A DNA stretch of 64,000 nt from an uncultured bacterium. GTDB taxonomy: Bacteria > Acidobacteriota > Thermoanaerobaculia > Multivoradales > JAHZIX01. The stretch's first letter is position 1, and each line of letters begins with the position of its first letter. The stretch spans positions 96,001 to 160,000 of the forward strand of contig CBDUPA010000003.1 in assembly GCA_965368975.1 (NCBI GenBank), read 5' to 3'. Positions 39,501 to 51,500 of the stretch are shown piece after piece. Under the pieces are notes generated by a model that was not told where the DNA came from, did no database searches, and saw nothing but the letters and a program-made list of their open reading frames with translations. A program made the position numbers and the translations under genes.

Positions 39501-42500
39501 CCTGGAGCGCTTGACGGCGGTCGACGTGCTGGCGGAAGAGCGCCGGCTGCAGGCGGCTCGTGGCCGTCGGCGCTACGATCTCCGGCACGGTCCGCTGCTG
39601 CACGCTGTCTACGTCCGGCGCGGTGCCTGGGCGCCGTGTCTGCTGCTGGCGGTGCACCATCTGGCGATCGACGCGCTTTCCTGGCCCCCCCTGCTCGACG
39701 ATCTGGAAACCTTGCTGTCCGGACACGCCCCGCCACCGGCTCCCTCATTTGCCCTCTGGGCACGCCGTCGGGCTGCTTGGTGTCGCTCGACCGAGGCGCG
39801 TGGCCAGCTGGGCCACTGGCAGCGTGCCGGTCGGCCACCAGCGATGGATGCCCAGGTGTGCCGGCAGTTGCGAGCTGGGAGGTCGTCGTGCCGGACCACT
39901 GGATGTCTCAGCTTCGAATCCCAGCTCGATGGCGCCACGACGCGCGCCCTGGTCCAGGGCCTGAGCGTCGCTACGGGCGCGGGTCCGCTCGCCGCGTTGG
40001 TGGTGGCGTGGGCACGGGCACTCGATGTGCGTGAAGCGTGGTTGGAGCTGGAGAGCCACGGTCGTCAAGGTATAGGCCCGCGGGCGGAACGCCTGGTGGG
40101 CTGGTGCGCTGCCGCCTATCCCTTCCGCTTCCGCCTGCCTCAGGCAGATCCGGTTGGTGGTAGACGGCCGAAGGCGGTCGACGCCGACCGTCGGGCCCTG
40201 GAAGCCGCCAGGGTCCAGCTGCGCGCGGTACCCGACGCTGGCGCTGGCTACACCGGCGCGCGCGGGGTCTCGCAGCGCCGCTGGCGGGGACCGTTCGTGC
40301 GCATCAACTACCTCGGTGACGCGGCTCTGGCGGCGCCGACGGCCGGGGCTGACGGTGTCTTCCTAGCTCGGCGTTCGGCCGTCGCCTCGGATCGCGGGTG
40401 GGCTGGACCGCCCTTGCGCCTGGACGCCGGGGTCGAGGACGGGTGCCTGTGCTTGCGCTGGAGTTTGCGTCCAGGCACCCTGGACACGACGGCGGTACGG
40501 GCGCTCACCGAAACCTTCCAGCGGCAGCTGCGGCGCTTGGCCCGCCTTGCCGGTGTCGGCGACGACGTGGCAGATGCCTACCCACTGACCGCCCCGCAGC
40601 AAGGGATTCTGGCTGGCTGCCTGGCGCGCCCGGAGTCGTCGGCCTACTTTGTGCAGCAGTGGTGGAGCCTGGATGCCGCGGTGGCCCGGGCTCCCCGGCA
40701 GGCGGTACTGCGGGCAGCCTGGCTACGTGTGATCGCCCGCCATCCGGCGTTGCGCACCAGCTTTCGCGTCGACGCCGAGCCCGAGCAGCGGGTGCATCGG
40801 GATGTCCAGGTGCCGTGGCGCGAGATCGACCTGCGTAGGCTGGGCGGCGAGGCTCGCCGCGCCGCCTGGCAGCACGTGCTCGAGCGCGACCGGCGGCGGG
40901 GTTTCGACCCTGGGCAGCCGCCGCTACTGCGCTTCGCCCTGGTTCACGGACGCGCGGCTGCACGCTTGTTGTGGAGTCGGCACCACCTCGTGCTCGATGG
41001 CTGGTCGGTCCCGATCCTGCTGGCCGAGGTGCGAGCGCTGATGGCAGCCGCTGGGCACCTCGGAGTGTCGATGGAGCCGTGGCGGCTGGAGCAACTACCA
41101 GCCCAGGAGTGGGACGCGGCGGCTGGCTTGAGGCTGGCGCCGAGGTTCCGGCAGCACGTGCTGGAACAGCTTCGACGCGGTACCGACATCAACTTCTGGC
41201 GGCGCTGGCTGCGCGGCGTCCGGCGCTCGACGCCCGTGCCTCTGGACGTGCCGGTGACCCCAGGAGACCCGCACCCAGCAGACTCGCACACGAGGAGCCA
41301 ACGCCTGGGAAGCCAACGTCAGCGCCAGCAGAGCCTGCGCATGACGCCAGCCTGGAGCGAGCGCCTCGACGCCTTTAGTCGCCAGCGTCGCCTCACCTTC
41401 GCGACCCTGGTGCAGGCCGCTTGGGCCTTGCTATTGGCGCGCTGCAGCGCTACGGCCGATGTCGTTTTCGGCGTCACCCTGGCGGGGCGCTCTGCGCAGA
41501 CTCCAGCGGCCGAGTCGGTGGTCGGTCTGTGCCTGAACGCCCTGCCCTTGCGCCTGCGCGTCCCGGCGACGCGGGCCACCGGACCCTGGCTGGTGTATGT
41601 GCAGCAGCGGGCGACACGTTTGGCGGCCGAGGCGTCGGCGTCGCCGGCCGAGATCCTGCGCAGGGCGGTCCCGCGCGGATCCCTGGCGTCCCTGTTTGAG
41701 ACGCTGGTCGTGGTCGAGAATTATCCGCTCAGCACGGACGTCCCCTCGCCGCAGGTGGCTTCGGACGTCCGGTACGTTCCTTCTTTCGCCCACGGAGGTG
41801 GCTTCAGCCAAACCGAGCACGCCTTGGTGCTGGTAGCGATTCCGCCAGCGGCGGAGAATTGCGGGATCGAGCTGGCCGTACGGTACGACCCCAGGCGTCT
41901 CGACGCTGCGGCAGCCCGCTCGTTGCTGCACCAGACGGCTCGGCTGCTGCGTCAGTTCGCACGTCGACGACCATCGGTGCCGCTGCACCAGCTGGGGAGC
42001 CCTGCCGTGCCAGCCGCACTGCTGGGATCGCTCGAAGAAGCACACGACTTGGCGGACTGGGCGGGGCCGCCGGCTGTGTGGCTGGCCGAGCAGGTGCGGC
42101 GGACACCGGAGCGGTTGGCGGTACGAGACGGACGGCAGGCGTTGAGTTTCCGCCAGTTGTGGCAGATTACCGGCGTGCTGAGCCGCGACCTACAGCGTGC
42201 CGGTGCCGGGCCGGGGCGACTCGTCGTGGTGAGTGGCGCCCGTCGCGGTAGCTTGGTGCCAGCCTTGCTGGCAGTGGCGCGGAGTGGTGCCGCCTGGTGG
42301 GTGCTCGATCCGGAATTCCCATCCGCGGCGCGCTGTGAGCAGCTGCGTCTTCTCCTTGCGGCTCAGACGGCGCCGCGGCCGGTGGCATGGCTGTGTCTAC
42401 CGGACCAAGCTGAGGCCTCGCCGGTGCTCGAGCCAGAGGTGCGGACCTGGCTCGAGCGGCTCGCCGGTCCCTTCGAGGTCCCTTGGCCGAAGTCTCGGGA

Positions 42501-45500
42501 GGCCGTTGCGCCGCGGGAAGAACCTGCCGAGAAGATGGGGCCCACGCCCACCGCCGGGCCAGACGATGCCGCCTATCTCGTCTTCACCTCCGGTACCGGT
42601 GGCATGCCGCGGGCGGTCGTGGCGCCGCAACGGGCGGCGGCACACTTCCTACGCTGGGTACGTCACCAGTGGCCTGGGGAGCGGCCGGGGGAAGGTGAGC
42701 GCAGCGCCCTGCTCGCCGGTCTCGGGCACGATCCGCTGCTCCGTGACGTGTGGGCCCCGCTAGTGCGGGGCGGTACGGTACACGTGCCGCCAGCGGGATC
42801 CTGGCGCGACGGTCAGCGCTTGGGGCGCTGGCTGGCTCGTGAGGCCATCCAGCAGGTCCACGTGACGCCGGGACTGGCCCGTCTGTTGGTCGAGGCACCA
42901 GCCTCGATCCGCTGGCCGCACCTGCGGCGCGTCATCTTCGCCGGCGGGGCCGTGGAGCCAGCGCTGGTCGAGGCCTTGCGACAGCGGTCTTGTCAGCACT
43001 TGAGTCGGGATCGGGGCGAGCGCTGCGCAGGTTTCACCTGGATTTCGACCTACGGTACCAGCGAGACACCGCAGATCGCCGCCTGGTCGCTGGCCGCTGC
43101 GGACCGTGCCGCGGTGCTCGGCCTGGTCGGCATCTCGGGCTTCCAGCTGCTGGTAGTGCGTCTCGGTGGCCGGCGGCTGGAGATCGCCGCGGTGGGGGAG
43201 GTCGGTGAGATTCACGTGCGATCGCGCTACCTGGCAACCGGCTATATCGAGGCCAGCTCCGGGACGGGACAGCCCGGTGCGGGGCAAGCGGGCTTCCGAC
43301 GCTTTCCCGGCTCGAGCGACCCTCTCGACCGCCTGTTCGCCACCGGCGATCTGGGGCGCTTCCTGCCCGCAGAGGCGGCCGCGAGTTCACCGGCTGCAGT
43401 GCAGGTGCTGGGGCGCCGGGATCGTCAGCTCAAGGTGCGTGGTGTGCGCGTGGCACCGGAGGACGTTGAGGCGCGGCTGCGTGCATGCCAGCATTCCTGC
43501 GCCACGAGCGTGGCGGATGCGGCCGTGGTACCGGTTGTGGGCTCGGTGCGGCAGGTCCAGATGGCCGCGGCGGTGACGGTTCGCGGGGCGGCCGTCTTGT
43601 CGCCTGGAGCGGTCCGCCAGCTGGAGATGGAGTTGTACCAGCAGCTGCAACGTGTGCTGCCCGCGGCGCTGGTGCCGTCACCGATTCGCGTCCTACCGCG
43701 CCTGCCGTTGACGGCGAGCGGCAAGACAGACCTGCGCCGGGTGCGGTGTCTGTTGGCGGAGGCCCGGCGGCGGGTCGACTCCCTCCCCTCGGGGCCGGCC
43801 AAGGCCGATGTCGCGCGCGGTGCCCGGACGTCGCTGGAAGCGCTGGTCGCCGAAGTCTGGGAGGACGTGTTGCAGCACCCGGGTCTGGCCTTCGACCAGG
43901 ATTTCTTCGCCCTCGGCGGCGACTCGTTGCTGGCTGTGCGGGTCGCTTCGCGACTGCGCCAGCTACTCGAGCGACCCGTCCCCGTGCGCTGGTTGTTCGA
44001 GGCACCGACGGTGGCACGCTTGACGGATCGATTGGTGCAGCCACCGCCACACGCGACGGGTGGTGCACGGCCTGAGCCCGCCAGGGCCCTTCGCCGGCAG
44101 CGGGGCGATCAGGGGCCGTTGTCGTTCGCCCAGCGCCGCCTGTGGTTGGTCGATCGGCTGAATCCCGGTGATGCCGGCTATCACTTGCCGGTTGCCTGGC
44201 AGATCGCCGGAAGGTTGCAGATCGCGGCTCTCGTCGCGGCGGCTCGCTTCTTGGTGTGCCGGCACGCGGGGCTGCGAACCCACTTTCCGCGGCGAGACGG
44301 CCGGCCTCGGCAGGTCGTGGTGCCGGTCGAGAAGGTGGCAGCAGGTCGGCTGCGGGTGCCGTGCATCGACCTGCGGCGTCTGGGCCCGGCGGCACTCGAG
44401 CACGGGCGCGAGCTCCTGCACCGTTCGGCGCTTCGCCCCTTTGATCTGGCGCGGGGTCCCCTCTTGCGCTGGCGGCTCTTGCGTCTCGGCGAAGCCGACC
44501 ACCTCCTGCAGTGGGAGCAGCATCACATCGTCTCGGACGGTTGGTCGAAGAGCATCTTCCAGCGGGAACTGAGCGCGGCCTACGCGTCCTTTGCGGCGGG
44601 GCAAGGGCCACCGGTGCTGCCAGTGTTGCCGTTGCGCTACCTCGACTTCGCCGTCTGGCAGCGGCGACGCTTACGTGGAGCCAGCAAGGCGCGCCTGACG
44701 GCGGGCTGGCGGCGCCTGCTGGACGGCTTTCGCCCCGTAGAGCTGCCGCTGGACAGGTCGCTCGAGCGGCCACCTGGCCCCGGGGTGACTGGTGGAGGGC
44801 TGGCCGAGCGGCGCCTGCCGGCGGCACTGTGGCACCGGGTCCAGGCTGCTGCACGAGCCGCTGGCGTCACGCCCTTCATGTGGTTGTCGGCCAGCTTCCT
44901 GAGCCTGCTCGGCCGGCTCAGTGGTCGCCGGGACCCCGCCGTGGCGGTGCCGACGGCCCGCCGTGATCGACCGGAGCTGGAAGGCATCCTCGGGTTCTTC
45001 GTCAACCTGGTCGTGCTGCGCACCGATCTGCGCGTGCCCAGCTTCAGCGACCTCGTGCGCCAGCTGCGCGACACGACTCTGGCAGCCTTTGATCTCGAAG
45101 AGCTGCCGTTCGACTTGTTGGTGCGCGCGCTCTTGCCCGAAGAGCACGGCGCGGAGCGCGGCGCGTATCGCTACCGGCAGGCGGATACCCGGCGACATCG
45201 GGATCCGACCTTGCCGCTGGTGCCGGCCGTCTTTGCGCTGCAGTCGCCAGCCGCAGCGCCCGTCTGGCCAGGGGTCGAGCTACGGCCGTTCGATCTAGAC
45301 CTCTGCCCGCCGCGGGCGCGGCTCGAGGTCTTCGCCTGGCCGCTGCGTCCAGAGACAAACGGCGATGCTGGCTTGCAGCTCCTGTGGTTGTACCGTCGCC
45401 AGTGCCTGGACACCACGACGGTCGAGCGCTGGCTGGACAGCTGGCAGATTCTGATCGATGCCGCACTGACCTCGCCCGAGATGCGCGTCGAGGCCTTACC

Positions 45501-48500
45501 GCTGGTCGCGGAGGCCAGCCGCCAGCAACTGCTGCGCGAGTGGCAAGGACGGGTGGTGTCGCACGATATGGACGTCAGCCTGCCAGCCTGGATCGCCGCG
45601 CAGGCCCGACGGACGCCGGAGGCGCTCGCGGTGCTCGACGACCGTAGCGGTCACCACCTGAGCTATCGAACGCTGGTGCAACGTGCCGGGGACCTGGGGC
45701 AGCGGCTGCAGCGGGCCTTGGAGCGCCGGAACTGTCCGCAAGGGCCGGTCGCTGTAGAGCTGGAGCGCGGACCCGAGTTGCTGACTTCGCTGCTGGCCGT
45801 GCTGTGGGCCGGCGCGGCGTATCTGGCAATCGACCCGGCGCTGCCACGCGAGCGCCGGTCCGAATTGCGGGCGGTCGGGAGTCTGTGGCTGCACCGGCCG
45901 CGGCGAGGAGAGGTGCGGCCGGAAGGCGTACCGGTGCCTGTGCATCCTGAGGCAGCCGCCTATGTCGTGCACACCTCGGGGTCGAGTGGCCGACCGAAGG
46001 GAGTCGTGATACCGCATGCGGCGCTGCTCAATCACCTGCGCTGGATGCAGCGTTGCCTGCCGCTGCGCCCGGCGGATCGGCTGCTGCAGAAGACGCCGCT
46101 GTCCTTCGACGCTGCGATGTGGGAGCTGTGGACTCCGCTGGTTGCCGGTGGCGTGTTGGTGCTCGCTCATCCCGACGTCCAGCGGCGACCCCGAGCGTTG
46201 CTGGCGACCATCGCGCGGCGCGGTATCAGCGTGTTGCAACTGGTGCCCTCGCACTTGCGCTGGCTCTGGCGCACAGGTGCCGGCTGGCGCGCCCTGCGCC
46301 GCTTGCGCCGCTTGCTGTGCGGTGGCGAACGACTGGACCTCGACTTGCTGCGCGCGGTTCGCAGGCGTCTGCCGGACGTCGAGCTGATCAACCTCTACGG
46401 TCCCGCGGAGGTGACGATCGATGCGACCTTCGCGCACCTGTCCGCGGCTCCTGCGCCGCCGCGCGGCGTACCTCCGATCGGGCGTCCGCTCGACGGCATC
46501 CGGGCCCTGGTGCTGGACCGCCACCAATGCTGGCTGCCGGTAGGGGTTGCCGGCGAGCTCGGCCTGGGTGGCGTTGGGTTGGCGCGCGGCTACTTGCAGC
46601 AGGCGGCGGCGACGGCAGCCGTCTTCGTCCCCGATGCCCTTGGTTCGCCCGGCAGCCGTCTCTACCGCAGCGGAGACTTGGCGCGCTGGCGCGCGGATGG
46701 TCAACTCGAGATCCTCGGCCGGATCGACCGCCAGCTGTCGATCCGGGGCCGGCGCCTGGAGCCTGCCGAGATCGAGTCCTTGCTGCGCCGCCATGCAGGG
46801 GTGGCGGAAGCGGTCGTCGTGGCGAGCCGCCGCCCGGAGCCTCGTAAGGGGCCTCGCTGGCAGTCGGGGTCGCCACGCCTGCTGGCGTACGTGGTGCCCG
46901 CTTCGGTCGAATCCTTGGTCGCTTCCGGTGGGGCCGCGCAGCAGCACTCCAGCTGGCGGGTCGAGGAGTGGCGGCAGGTCTACGAGGAAGTCTACCGACA
47001 GCCGGCAGCCGCCGCGCCAGAGGAAGATTTCAGCGGCTGGACGCGTAGCAGCGATGGCCAGCCGATCCCCGAGGCGGAGATGCGTGAGTGGTTGGAGCAC
47101 ACGGTGGAGCGTGTGCGCGCGCTGGGTGGCCGTCGCATCCTGGAGATCGGTTGCGGTTCGGGGTTGCTGCTCTGGCGGCTGGCGAGCGGCTGCCGAAGCT
47201 ACCTGGGTACCGATTTCTCGGCCACCGTCATCGCCCGCTTGCAGGCACAGCTGGCCGAGCGCGATCGACGCTGGCAAGGCGTGAGCGTAGAGCGCCGGCT
47301 GGCGGACGACTTCGAGGGGCTGGAGTTCGATTCTTTCGACGTGGTGGTGGTCAATTCGGTGGCTCAGTACTTCCCAGACCTCGGCTATCTGCAGCGTGTG
47401 CTGGAGGGGGCGCTGGCGTGCCTGGCACCTGGTGGCAGCCTGTTCGTCGGCGACGTGCGCAGCCTGCCGTTGCTCGAGGCCTTCCATCTCGAGGTGGCGG
47501 CCGTGGACGCAACAGGAGAGCGGCTGCTGCGGCGTGCGCGCCAGCGGCGGCAAGAAGACCCAGAACTGGTGCTGCATCCGGACTTCTTCCGCCGCCTGGC
47601 GCAGCGCCATGGTCTCGGCTTGCAGCTGCTGGCCAAAGCTGGCCGGGCGTGCAACGAGCTGACGCGCTACCGGTACGATGCCGTGCTGCGTCGCCGTCCG
47701 GTGACGTCACCGGTTCGGGTGGCTGCCTGGGACGAGGTGACGGGGCAGCACCGGCCGGCCGGCCGCCCTGCCGCGCTCGCTGCCTGGCTGCGCGATACGC
47801 CGGCCGACACGGTCGCCGTTACCAGCGTGCCAGACCGCAGGCTCGCCGAACCCCTGCAGCGGCTACTGCGCTGGACGGGAATCTCGCCCTGGTCCGGTTC
47901 GGGCGTGGCCGAAGTGGTGCGTCGGGGTGCAGAGGAGCCGGCTGAGGTCGAGGGTTTCGATGTCGAGGACTTGCGCCAGGGTTTCCTCGCCGCTGGCTAT
48001 CACGCACAGCCGCATCTCTCCGCACGCGGTCCCGGCTGGGTCGATCTGGTGGCGCGGCGGGCCGGGGTCGTGGCGGAGCCCGTCGCGCTGCCAGCCGGTG
48101 CAGCAGCGGCGCTCGCCGACCGCCAGCTGAGCAACCGCCCTTGGGGGGGCGGGACGCTGGGTGAGCTGGAGACCAGCCTGCGCCAGTATCTGCAGCGCTG
48201 GTTACCGGCGGCCTTGGTGCCGGCCCACTTTGTGCGGCTGAACGCGTTGCCGCGTCTGGCTGGCGGCAAGCTCGATCGTTCTGCCCTGCCGCAAGAGCAG
48301 CCTCAATCCCAGCCTCATCAGGAGCCCCTACCGTCGCCGGCCTTGTTGCCCGGAGAGTCGCGGCAAGCATACCGACCCAAGGGCTCGTTGGAGCGCATGG
48401 TGGCCGATGTTTGGCAGCGCGTGCTGGGTGTCCGTGGTGTGGGGCGCGACGATCATTTCTTCCAGCTCGGCGGTCACTCTTTGCTTGCTACGCGGGTAGC

Positions 48501-51500
48501 GACGCGCTTGAGTCGCCGCCTGGGAGTCGACGTGCCTCTTCGCTGTCTTTTTGAGGCGCCGGTGCTCTGGCGCCTGGCGCAGCACCTCTCTTCCTTGCGG
48601 GCAGCCTCGAGGGCGAAAGCCTCCGCAGTCCTGACGCCCGACCGGAGGTCGACCCCCGGCAGGCTGCCGCGCCTGTCCGCGGCGCGGCGCTGCCGGCCGC
48701 TGCCGCTGTCCTTCGCCCAGCGCCGGCTGTGGTTCGTGCACCGGCTGCGACCGGCGGATCCGGCCTACAACGTCTTCGCCGCGTTGCGTCTAGAGGGGAC
48801 TCTCGATGCGGCAGCTCTGCACCGAGCCTTCGGCCACCTACAGGCCCGTCACGAGATCCTGCGCACCCGCTTCGTGGAGATCGACGGCCGGCCGCGCCAG
48901 ATCGTCGAACCGGCAGCTGCGGAGGGGGTGGGGAGCAGGATCCGGTTCGTCTACCTCGACCTGCAGCGGTTGGTCTCAGCAAAAAACACCGTGCAAGCAA
49001 GGACCGTGCTGGACCTGCTGCGTACGGCCAGCGGTGTACCCTTCGCGCTGGACCTTGCTGGAGCGTGGCGTGCCGGTCTGCTGCGTTTGGCGCCGGACCA
49101 GCACGTCTTGTGGTTGGTACTACATCACATCGTTTCGGACGGCTGGTCGCAGAGTGTGCTGTACCGTGAGCTGGAGACCTTCTATCGCCGTGAAGTGGGG
49201 GCCGACGCGGCCGCGCTGCCCGCCTTGCCGGTGCAGGTTGTCGACTTCGCCCAATGGCAGCGTAAGCGTCTGCGTGGTCTGGCGCTGCGCCGCCAGCTAG
49301 CGTGGTGGCGACGCTGTCTGCGTGGGCTTGAACCGCTGGCGTTGCCGTACGATCGCTCGCTGCCCTCCGTCGAGACGCAGCCACCTGGGGCCGTGGTTCG
49401 ACGTGTCCTCGACGGCGATCTGTGGCGGCGAGTCGAGGCGGCGGGACGGCGGGCAGAAGCGACACCGTTCATGGTTCTCCTGTCCGCCTATTTCCTGTTG
49501 CTGCAGGGGTTGACCCCGCGGCTCGACGCTGCACGCCGCGATGTCACGGTGGGCACGCCGGTTGCCGGCCGGCACCACCCGCGGCTCGAAGGTTTGATCG
49601 GCTGTTTCGTCAACACTCTTGTGCTGCGTGCACCGGGGGGGCCGCGCGAGGCTCAGGAAAGCTGCCAGGCCGTTGTCGCCTCCGGGGACAGCACCGTCGA
49701 GGGTTGGCTGCGAGCGGTGCGCGTGCTGGTGATCGACGCGTTCGCGCGGCAAGAAGTGCCGTTCGAGCGCCTGGTCGAAGTGTTACGGCCGCGACGCGAG
49801 CTGCAGCGCAGTCCACTCTTCCAGGCCGCGCTGGCCTTGCACAACACGCCGGCAGTCGACTTCCATCTGCCGGGTATTCGAGTGGCGGCGCAAGAGGTGC
49901 CGCTCGACAAGGCCCGCTTCGAGGCCGAATTGCACGCCTGGCCCCTCGCTGACGGGGGTGCGACGCAAACTTCTGGAGGAGCTACCGGCGCAGGCGGCTG
50001 CGAGCTCCGCTTGCGCTATCGGCGTGATCTCTTCGACGCATCGACGGTGGCTCGCTGGCTCGCGACCTTGGAAGGGATCCTGGCGTGGATGACGCGCGCG
50101 GGGACAGCGCCACTGGCCAGCCTGCCGTGGGGGACCCGAGGTGAGCGGCATCAGCTGCTGGTCGAATGGCCGCGAGCTGGAGGACAGCTGCCGACAGGGC
50201 ACTCTGTGCCGGAGCTTCGAGCCTTGTTCGGGCGCTCCGCGATCGAGCGACCGGCGTCAGTGGCGGTGGTGCAGGGACGTCGACGGCTGAGCTACGGCGA
50301 CCTGCAACGACGGGTCGATCTACTGGCCGAGCGGCTCCGGGCACGCGGTGTGGGTGTCGAGTCGGTGGTGGCTCTCGGGTTGGAGCGATCACTCGAGCTG
50401 GTGATCGGGCTGCTGGCGGTGTTAACGGCGGGAGCGGCCTACGTACCGCTGTCGGCTGCCGATCCGCCGCGCCGCCGCCAGCGGCAGCTGCAGCAGGCCG
50501 GAGCTCGTTGGTTGCTGGTCCGCAGCAGGTCCGAGCCTTTCGTGAGTGCCGACGAGAGCGAAGGGCTCGACGTGCTGACCGTAGGCCAATCCCCGCGGGT
50601 CTTGTCGTTGCAGGAACCGGGACCACGGGATTCGATACGGTCCGTGACCCGTGAGACCGTCTCCGGCGAGTCGGCTGCCTACGTGCTCTTCACCTCTGGC
50701 TCCACCGGTGGGCCCAAGGGAGTGGTCATCCCGCGGCGTGCGCTGGCTGGCTACCTCCAGTGGGCGGCGGGCGCGTACGGCCTCGGAGCGGGACGCGGAG
50801 CCTTGGTGCACAGCGAGCTGCGCTTCGACTTCACGGTCACGCCACTGCTGGCACCGCTGGTCGCGGGCGCCACGACGGTGTTGCTGCCGCCTGCCGTTCC
50901 GGGCCGGGAAGCCGTGGGTCTGGCGGCGGCGTTGCGCCGAGGCGGACCGGTGCACGAAGGGCTGGACCTGCTCAAGCTCACACCGAGCCACCTGCGGTGG
51001 CTGCGCGCTAGCGACATCTCGTTGCCGCCGTCTCGATCGTTGCGCACGCAGCATCCACGCGTGACGGTGCTGGGCGGGGAAGTGGTGTCAGCGGCGCACG
51101 TCGAGGCCGCCGCGGGCTTGCTCGGGCACTACGGGTGGCGATGCTGGAACGAGTACGGCCCCACCGAGGCGACGGTCGGCTGTGCCGTGGCCGAGCTCGC
51201 CCTGTTGCCAGCGGCTGCAGGCTTGTCGATCAACCCAGGGCCGGTCGGTGAGCACGCGGCCGATTCGCTCCTCGGCGTCCAGACGGTGGGCCGGCCCGTC
51301 CCGGGCGCGCGCGTGCTGCTGCTCGATCACGGCGGCGAGCCGGTGCCGCTGGGCGTGGTCGGCGAGCTGGTGATCGAGGGGACAGGGCTGGCACGGGGCT
51401 ACGCCGGGCGACCGGCTGAGACTGCGGACCGCTTCCGGCCGTCGCCCAGCGGACGTGGTGCGCGCCGATACCATAGCGGCGACCTGGCGCGCTGGCAGGC

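Noticed and set aside
45496-47610. 704-aa minus-strand ORF and many other long alternative-frame ORFs within the NRPS
   Set aside because: Expected in high-GC DNA. They show no recognisable motifs and have Arg/Pro/Ala-rich shadow composition.
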